Positions 46,184-51,998 of a stretch of 51,998 nt of DNA are shown one piece after another; the stretch's first letter is position 1; every line of letters begins with the position of its first letter. Both the position numbers and the translations under genes were made by a program. The notes below the pieces were generated by a model. It worked only from the letters and a program-made list of their open reading frames with translations. It did not search any database and was not told the origin of the DNA. Origin of the DNA: an uncultured Oscillospiraceae bacterium. GTDB taxonomy: Bacteria > Bacillota > Clostridia > Christensenellales > CAG-138. The DNA lies in the NCBI GenBank assembly GCA_964541695.1, contig CAZIRB010000002.1:25465-77462 (forward strand). The letters run 5' to 3'.

Positions 46184-46714
46184 CTAAATGCGCCGTCCGC
46201 CGAACTGCAGCACCGCGTAGTGCACGAGCGCGACGTAGGATAGCGCCGCCGCCGCAATCAGGATGTAAATGTTCCACGGCTCGACGCCGACCGAGAAGAA
46301 CGAAACCAGCGTCAGCACCGTGCCCGCCGCGAAAAAACCAGTGGCCAGTTTGCCGACCCAGTCCGCGTACACGATCACGCTGCGCCGCATCAGGAATATG
46401 CCGCCCGCGACCATCAACAGCTCCTTAAACGCGACGAGCACGAGGATCACCAGGTACACTGGCCGCTGCTTCGCGCCGAATATGCAGACGAGCGCGGCCA
46501 CGGTGAGCAATTTATCGGCCAGCGGGTCGAGCAGCTTGCCGAGGTTTGAGATCCAGTTGTACCGGCGCGCGAGCCGCCCGTCCATCACATCCGAAAAAAA
46601 CGCGAACACATACACGGCCAGCGCGGCGACGTAGCGCTGCTGCCGGAACAGCGCCCAGAACACGCCGACCAATAGAATCCGGAAAAACGATATGATGTTC
46701 GGGATGTGGTGCAT
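46184..46714 (-). CDS. pgsA: CDP-alcohol phosphatidyltransferase (CDP-diacylglycerol--glycerol-3-phosphate 3-phosphatidyltransferase-like)
   Basis: 176 aa with the motif DVMDGRLARRYNWISNLGKLLDPLADK (D-G-x2-A-R...G-x3-D-x3-D). Its ATG shares one nt with the upstream TAA, forming TAATG. Confidence 0.9.
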   Translation of the reverse strand: MHHIPNIISFFRILLVGVFWALFRQQRYVAALAVYVFAFFSDVMDGRLARRYNWISNLGKLLDPLADKLLTVAALVCIFGAKQRPVYLVILVLVAFKELLMVAGGIFLMRRSVIVYADWVGKLATGFFAAGTVLTLVSFFSVGVEPWNIYILIAAAALSYVALVHYAVLQFGGRRI

Positions 46715-48129
46715 TATTGCGTCAGATCCTCCACAACAAGCGTGCGCAGCGTGTTCTCGCCGAGCATGACGGGCGAGGGATCGCGCTGCTCGCGCATCTC
46801 AAAGAACTTCATCGCAACCTGCGGGAACAGGGCGTAGCTGAGCACGTCCTCCTCCTGCCGGCAGTATTGCCCGATCTCCTCCTGATATTTCGCCAGCTCC
46901 GGCTGCAGCAGGTCCGCAGGACGGCACGTGATCACCTCGTCGTCGCCGATGGCGAGCTTACGCACCTCCTCGTTGACCTTGCCGGGCAAAAGCCCGTACT
47001 CGCCGCGCAGCAGCGCCTTCGACTCGCGCGGGAACGTGCTGTACCGCTTGCCGGAGATGATGTTCATCACGGCCTGCGTGCCGACGATCTGGCTCGTGGG
47101 CGTGACGAGCGGCGGGTACCCGAAGTCCTCGCGCACGCGCGGAATCTCCGCGAGCACGTCGTAGTACGCCTCCTCGCGGCCCGCCTGCTTGAGCTGCGAA
47201 ATCAGGTTGGACAGCATGCCGCCGGGCACCTGGTACAGAAGCGTGTTCGTGTCCACGCGCAGCGCCTTGGTCGAGATCGTCCCGTCCTCGATCATGCGCT
47301 CCGCCACGGGCCGCATGAGCTTGGCGGCCTCGGCGAGTTTGCCGAGGTCGAGCCCGGTGTCGCGGTTCGTGCCCTTGAGTGTGGCGACCATGGGCTCCGT
47401 CGCCGGCTGCGCCGTGCCGTTGCCGAACGGCGAGAGCGCCGTGTCGAGTATGTCCGCGCCGGCCTGGATGCCCATCAGGTACGTCATGTCGCCCGTGCCG
47501 GTCGAGTTGTGCGTGTGCAGATGGATCGGCACGGAGACCTCCTTCTTCAGCCGCGTCACGAGCGAGTACGCCGCCTGCGGCAAAAGCAGGTTTGCCATGT
47601 CCTTGATGCAGATCACGTCCGCGCCCATCTGCTCGAGCTCCTTGGCGAGCTTGACGAAATACGTCTCGTTGTGCACGGGGCTGATCGTATAGCTGATCGC
47701 GGGCTCGCAGATGCCGCCGTATTTCTTCGTAAAGCGGATCGCGGCCTCAAGGTTTCTCGTGTCGTTCAGCGCGTCGAATATGCGGATGACATCGACGCCG
47801 TTCTCGATCGCCTTGCGGCAGAACTGCTCGACGACGTCGTCCGCGTAGTGCTTATAGCCCAGTATGTTCTGGCCGCGGAACAGCATCTGCAGCTTCGTCT
47901 TGGGCAGCGCCTTGCGCAGCGTGCGCAGCCGCTCCCACGGGTCCTCGTTGAGGAAGCGCAGGCAGGTGTCGAACGTCGCGCCGCCCCAGACCTCAAGCGA
48001 CCAGAAGCCGACACTGTCGAGTATCTCGCACGCGGGCAGCATGTCCTCGGTGCGCATGCGCGTCGCGGCGAGCGACTGGTGCGCGTCGCGGAATATCGTG
48101 TCGGTAATCAATACCCTCTTCATTTCCAT
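46714..48129 (-). CDS. Oxaloacetate decarboxylase alpha / pyruvate carboxylase subunit B / transcarboxylase 5S-type carboxyltransferase subunit, with no fused biotinyl domain
   Basis: 471 aa, VLITDTIFRDAHQSLAATRMRTEDM...HLHTHNSTGTG, which looks like an HMGL-like TIM barrel. Confidence 0.9.
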   Translation of the reverse strand: MEMKRVLITDTIFRDAHQSLAATRMRTEDMLPACEILDSVGFWSLEVWGGATFDTCLRFLNEDPWERLRTLRKALPKTKLQMLFRGQNILGYKHYADDVVEQFCRKAIENGVDVIRIFDALNDTRNLEAAIRFTKKYGGICEPAISYTISPVHNETYFVKLAKELEQMGADVICIKDMANLLLPQAAYSLVTRLKKEVSVPIHLHTHNSTGTGDMTYLMGIQAGADILDTALSPFGNGTAQPATEPMVATLKGTNRDTGLDLGKLAEAAKLMRPVAERMIEDGTISTKALRVDTNTLLYQVPGGMLSNLISQLKQAGREEAYYDVLAEIPRVREDFGYPPLVTPTSQIVGTQAVMNIISGKRYSTFPRESKALLRGEYGLLPGKVNEEVRKLAIGDDEVITCRPADLLQPELAKYQEEIGQYCRQEEDVLSYALFPQVAMKFFEMREQRDPSPVMLGENTLRTLVVEDLTQ

Positions 48130-48142
48130 TGCCGTTAACTCC

Positions 48143-48550
48143 TTATTCGATGGTCAGGAGCGGCGCGCCGGAATCCACCGAGGCGCCCGCCTGCACATGG
48201 ACGGCCGTCACAACGCCGTCCTTTGGCGCGACGATCTCGTTCTCCATCTTCATGGCCTCGAGCACCAGCAAAAGCTGGCCTTTTTTGACGGCGTCGCCCG
48301 CCTTGACGGCGACCGATACGATGCTGCCGGGCATGGGTGCCTGCATGGCGGAAGCCGCGCCGCCCTGCGCGCCCGCCGGAGCCTCGGCCTTTTTCTCCAC
48401 TTTCGGGGCCTCCTCGCGCTTTGGCGCGGCAGGCGCTTCCGGCGCGGGCGCGGGCGTGGGTCTGGACTCTGCGGCGGCCTGCCTGCCGGCGATTTCCTCG
48501 ACTTCGATCTCGTAGTCGGAACCGTTGACTTTCACCAAAAACTTGCGCAT
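48143..48550 (-). CDS. Biotin carboxyl-carrier subunit (biotinyl domain with an Ala/Pro-rich linker)
   Basis: 135 aa with the biotinylation motif LEAMKMENEI. Confidence 0.9.
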   Translation of the reverse strand: MRKFLVKVNGSDYEIEVEEIAGRQAAAESRPTPAPAPEAPAAPKREEAPKVEKKAEAPAGAQGGAASAMQAPMPGSIVSVAVKAGDAVKKGQLLLVLEAMKMENEIVAPKDGVVTAVHVQAGASVDSGAPLLTIE

Positions 48551-48575
48551 GGCAATACCCTCCAGAATCGTTATT

Positions 48576-48857
48576 TCAATTCAGCTTTTTAATGGAACGG
48601 ATGCGGACGCCGCCGACGTGCTCGCCCATGACGGTCGCAATCGCGGCGGAAACGGCCGCGATAAACGCGCCGCGCTCCGCGGTGCTGGAAGCGTCCGCCG
48701 ATTCGGCGGCAGGTGCGTCGGGCATGCCCTCGACGGCGCGCGCTTCGGCGCCCCGGTCGGGGTTCCCTCTGCGGATGAAGAACACGACGAGCAGGACAGC
48801 GACAAGGACGCCAAGCGCGATCAGCGCCGCGCTTAGCAGAGACGGAAATGTCAGCAT
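48576..48857 (-). CDS. OadG-family small membrane subunit of a Na+-pump-type decarboxylase
   Basis: ORF trimmed to ATG 48857 with a GGAGG RBS. One N-terminal TM segment (LLSAALIALGVLVAVLLVVFFI) and a C-terminal AAVSAAIATVMG...VRIRSIKKL typical of OadG. Confidence 0.7.
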   Translation of the reverse strand: MLTFPSLLSAALIALGVLVAVLLVVFFIRRGNPDRGAEARAVEGMPDAPAAESADASSTAERGAFIAAVSAAIATVMGEHVGGVRIRSIKKLN

Positions 48858-48955
48858 GTGAACCTCCGGAGTGGATGATGGATTTACAAATTCACCCACA
48901 TTACCATATTTCGACGGATTCCCTTGAAATCCTGCCGCATGGGGAAATATATTTT

Positions 48956-49675
48956 TTATTTCGGGCTTTCGAGGCGAAAAAGCAGCGCGCGGTACTCCGC
49001 TTCGGTCAGCTTTCGGTACTCGCCGGGGTGAAGGTCCCCGAGCGAAAGCGGGCCAAACGACTCGCGCTTGAGCCTGAGCGTCCGGTGGCCGACCGCCTCC
49101 AACATGCGGCGGACTTGGCGGTTTCTTCCCTCGTGAATCGTGATCGAGAACGACGTGTCGCCGTTCACCGTTCTGCGCACGTTTTCGACGCGCGCGGGCG
49201 CGGTCATGCCGTCGGCAAGCTCGACGCCGTTCGTCAGGCGCGCGATCTCGGCGGCAGTCAACACGCCGTCGGTCACCGCGTAATACGTTTTGTCCACACG
49301 GAATTTGGGGTGCGTGAGCCGGTAGGCCAGGTCGCCGTCGTTCGTCATGAGGAGCAGGCCCTCGGAATTGAGGTCGAGCCGGCCGACGTTGTACAGCCTT
49401 GTCCCGACATCCGTAAAGTACGCCTGCACGGTCTTGCGGCCCTGCGGGTCGTCGGACGTGCTGACCACGCCGCGCGGCTTGTAGAACAAAAATACGAGCC
49501 GGCCCCCGTCCGGCTCCACGCGCATACCGTCAAGCTGGACGGCGTCGCCGTCCGAAACGACGCAGCCGATCTCGGCGGCTGCGCCGTTGACGGTGACCCG
49601 GCCCGCGCGGATCAGCTCCTCGCAGCGCCGCCTCGAGGCGACGCCCGCGTCGGCAAGGTATTTTTGCAGCCGCAT
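48956..49675 (-). CDS. rluB: rRNA pseudouridine synthase (RluB/RsuA family)
   Basis: ORF trimmed to ATG 49675 (MRLQKYLADAGVASRRRCEELI, S4 domain). The catalytic motif is GRLDLNSEGLLLMTNDG. Confidence 0.9.
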   Translation of the reverse strand: MRLQKYLADAGVASRRRCEELIRAGRVTVNGAAAEIGCVVSDGDAVQLDGMRVEPDGGRLVFLFYKPRGVVSTSDDPQGRKTVQAYFTDVGTRLYNVGRLDLNSEGLLLMTNDGDLAYRLTHPKFRVDKTYYAVTDGVLTAAEIARLTNGVELADGMTAPARVENVRRTVNGDTSFSITIHEGRNRQVRRMLEAVGHRTLRLKRESFGPLSLGDLHPGEYRKLTEAEYRALLFRLESPK

Positions 49676-49697
49676 ATGCAGTTTCTCCGTTCCGATC

Positions 49698-50819
49698 CTA
49701 GGCCGCGCGTCCGGCCAGCGCGTCGAACAGCCGGTCAAAGAAGCCGGCGCGCCCTACGCTTTCCGCCGCGCAGAGCTCCGTCGACGCGACATCCCTGCCG
49801 TTGACGTAGAGCGTCAGCGTGCCGACCGCCTGCCCCGCCTCGACCGGCGCTGTCAGCGCTGCCGGCGCGGTCACGCGCAGCTCGACGCTGTCCGCGCCGT
49901 TTTTATCGATCGGATACAGTATACCGTCTTTTGCGACCAGTTCCAACGTCTTTTTCTCGCCGCCCTGCACGGGAATGGTGCGCACGCTTTGCGACGCGGT
50001 CATGAACGTCCGCGTCTCGATCGTGTCGAAGCCCTTGTCGAGCATGCCAAACGCGACGTCCCACAGCTTCGGCGCGTTCAGGATGACGCCGATGAGCAGC
50101 GTGTCGCCGCGCTTTGCCGCAAACGCCAGGCAGCGGCCGGACGCCTTCGTATAGCCGGTCTTGACGCCGCAGCCGCCCTCGTACTGCCACAGCGTGCGGT
50201 TTTTGTTCTTGACGTAGCGGATATGGTCGCCCGTCGTCGTCTGATAATACGTCGTGCCGACGACCGTCCGGAACGTTTCGTTCTGCATGGCGGCCGTCGT
50301 GATACGCGCCAGGTCCAGCGCCGTCGTGTAGTGGTCGTCACGGTGCAGGCCGTTCGGCGTGACGAAGTGCGTGTTCAGACACCCGAGCTGCCGCGCGCGC
50401 TTGTTCATCAGATCGGCGAATTGCTCCACGGACCCGCCGATATGCACCGCGATCGCGACCGCCGCGTCGTTGCCGGACGTGAGCATGAGCCCGTAGAGCA
50501 GGTCGCGCATCGACAGCTTCTCGCCGGTGCGCAGGTACATGCTCGAACCCTCCGTGCCGACCGCCGCATCCGGGACGGCGACCATCTCGTCGAGGCCGCA
50601 GCGTTCGATTGCGATCAGCGCGGTCATGATCTTCGTTGTGCTCGCCATAGGCAGTTTTTTCTCGGCGTCATGCTCGAGCACCACGCGCTGCGTGCTCGCC
50701 TCGATCAACGCCGCCGCCTCGGCCCCGGACGTAGCGTCGTCGCCGCCCTCGGCCGACGAAGCCCGGAGCGGCGCCAGCAGCATCAGCAGCGCCGCCGCAA
50801 AGCAAAGGCTGCGTTTCAT
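49698..50819 (-). CDS. D-alanyl-D-alanine carboxypeptidase (S11 family, low-molecular-weight PBP)
   Basis: 373 aa with a signal peptide, SxxK (ASTTK), SxN (TSGND) and KTG (VKTGYT). Confidence 0.9.
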   Translation of the reverse strand: MKRSLCFAAALLMLLAPLRASSAEGGDDATSGAEAAALIEASTQRVVLEHDAEKKLPMASTTKIMTALIAIERCGLDEMVAVPDAAVGTEGSSMYLRTGEKLSMRDLLYGLMLTSGNDAAVAIAVHIGGSVEQFADLMNKRARQLGCLNTHFVTPNGLHRDDHYTTALDLARITTAAMQNETFRTVVGTTYYQTTTGDHIRYVKNKNRTLWQYEGGCGVKTGYTKASGRCLAFAAKRGDTLLIGVILNAPKLWDVAFGMLDKGFDTIETRTFMTASQSVRTIPVQGGEKKTLELVAKDGILYPIDKNGADSVELRVTAPAALTAPVEAGQAVGTLTLYVNGRDVASTELCAAESVGRAGFFDRLFDALAGRAA

Positions 50820-51250
50820 TCGTCCTGCACGCGCCTGGCCTTCTGCAGCGACGCGATCATCTGCTCCAACGCGCGCAGGATCTGCGGGATGTTGTCGATC
50901 ATGCGCTCGAGCATGCAGCCGGAGGACTTCGCGGGCAGCACGCCCACCTGGCCGTTTTGAACGGTCAGGAACGAGACGGGCGACACGCAGATGCCCGCCG
51001 CGGTCGTGCCCGCAAACGGCTGCTTGGCGCCCGAATCCGAGTCCTCCAGCGCGCGGCCGGAGCGTTCGACGGCGTTTTTTACCGGGTACTCGCCGCCGCC
51101 GGAGACAAAGCCGAGCGAAACGTGCGAGACGGGAATCACCATCGTGTTGTTGTCGACGCGCACGGGGCTGCCGACGATTGTGTTGACGTTGATCAGCGTC
51201 TGGAGGTTCTCCATTGTGGTCTTGATGATGTTTTCAATTGGGTGAGACAT
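50816..51250 (-). CDS. ytfJ: Sporulation protein YtfJ (GerW family)
   Basis: 144 aa, NVNTIVGSPVRVDNNTMVIPVSHVSLGFVSGGGEY. Confidence 0.85.
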   Translation of the reverse strand: MSHPIENIIKTTMENLQTLINVNTIVGSPVRVDNNTMVIPVSHVSLGFVSGGGEYPVKNAVERSGRALEDSDSGAKQPFAGTTAAGICVSPVSFLTVQNGQVGVLPAKSSGCMLERMIDNIPQILRALEQMIASLQKARRVQDE

Positions 51251-51811
51251 TTATTGACTCTTCTTCCTGAAAAATATTCTATACATAAGCTTTGCAGGAA
51301 TCAGCGTGATCATGCATTCCAGATTCAGGCGCACGATCGGACGCATAAAATCGGGTTCCGCCGCAACGCGGACGGCGCTTAGCTTTTCCTCGCCGCCGAT
51401 TACGGCCAGCGTGTGTCTTGCCGCCTGTTCGAGCACGGCGCAGAGCAGTACGGTTATGTCCGGCCTGTCGGGGATGCCGACGCGCGCGCGGATATCCGCG
51501 CTGCGAACACGGAGCAGCCCCTTCAGCGAGAACGTGATGTTTTTCCCGCGCTCCATCGTCTCAAACGCGTGGTACAGGCGCGTCGTGCGGCCGTTTCGCT
51601 TCTGTACGCTGATGGCCAAGCAGGGCGGCTGCAGCAGGTCGATGCGGAACCAATATCGGCGGATAAAGATCGGATGACGGCAGGCGAGCTCAGCCGTTCC
51701 GCCGTTTACGCCAACGCAGGCAAGCAGTTTCAGGCGAAGCGGCACGAACAGCAGCAAGACCGTGATGCAAATCCAGCCAAGCGCGGACCAAAAAATAACA
51801 ATCCCCGGCAC
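51251..51811 (-). CDS. ytfI: DUF2953 (YtfI-like) membrane protein
   Basis: 186 aa, GTG start, N-terminal TM segment. Position directly upstream of ytfJ as in other spore formers. The family call is mainly positional. Confidence 0.6.
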   Translation of the reverse strand: MPGIVIFWSALGWICITVLLLFVPLRLKLLACVGVNGGTAELACRHPIFIRRYWFRIDLLQPPCLAISVQKRNGRTTRLYHAFETMERGKNITFSLKGLLRVRSADIRARVGIPDRPDITVLLCAVLEQAARHTLAVIGGEEKLSAVRVAAEPDFMRPIVRLNLECMITLIPAKLMYRIFFRKKSQ

Positions 51812-51998
51812 ATCGGTTATCTTGCGCCGAGGCGGGCGGAATATGTATGCGGGGATGGGAGGGCTGCCGCTGTCTGCGGTTTGCGGCGGCCGCAGCGCGT
51901 CATGGATGGGGCGCGGGGGCGCAGGGTTCGGGAATTTTTTGTGGGCGCTGGGTGCCGTGACTTCTTTCTGAGGGCTCCGCCCTCAGGCACCCGCCAAA

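Noticed and set aside
51762-51971. A 69-aa plus-strand ORF upstream of ytfI
   Set aside because: It overlaps the ytfI 5' end in antisense, has no RBS or recognisable features, and gives a Gly/Arg-rich translation.
51968-51986. Hairpin CTGAGGGC-tcc-GCCCTCAG at the right edge
   Set aside because: There is no U-tract on either strand and the context is cut off by the window end, so it cannot be interpreted.

Overview
This GC-rich 52 kb window looks like a spore-forming Clostridia-type Firmicute; that taxonomic call is inference from gene content and synteny. Every gene I can support, about 53 CDS, is on the minus strand. The content is almost entirely conserved housekeeping synteny. Read 5'->3' on the minus strand, the order is: ytfI-ytfJ-dac-rluB; a biotin-dependent decarboxylase/transcarboxylase module followed by pgsA; an orphan 360-aa gene; rimP-nusA-ylxR-ylxQ-infB-rbfA-nrnA-truB-ribF; rpsO-pnp-ylxY-like-M16 peptidase; dUTPase-like, HlyD-like, yggS-sepF-divIVA; ygiQ; yceD-rpmF-plsX-acpP-rnc-smc-ftsY; ylxM-ffh-rpsP-KH-rimM-trmD-rplS; rbgA-rnhB-yraN; a giant glycosyltransferase plus gtrA; comM-dprA-topA-trmFO-hslVU; and a partial lipoprotein gene. 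I recognised no rRNA or tRNA genes, CRISPR array, transposase, integrase, prophage or defence genes. I do not see convincing evidence for a novel multi-gene system. Four things are worth a second look: (1) an AT-rich tandem array of four perfect 28-30 bp palindromes, all built from one 10-mer arm, in the rplS-rbgA spacer; (2) a 1268-aa secreted CBM-like domain fused to two GT-C glycosyltransferase modules, coupled to gtrA and inserted between yraN and comM; (3) rimP split by a 1-nt frameshift at a U-run, behind a promoter-plus-terminator leader; (4) an orphan 360-aa protein between pgsA and rimP. The many long plus-strand ORFs in the track are GC-rich antisense shadows. Several track ORFs use TTG or GTG starts or carry spurious N-terminal extensions, and I trimmed those.
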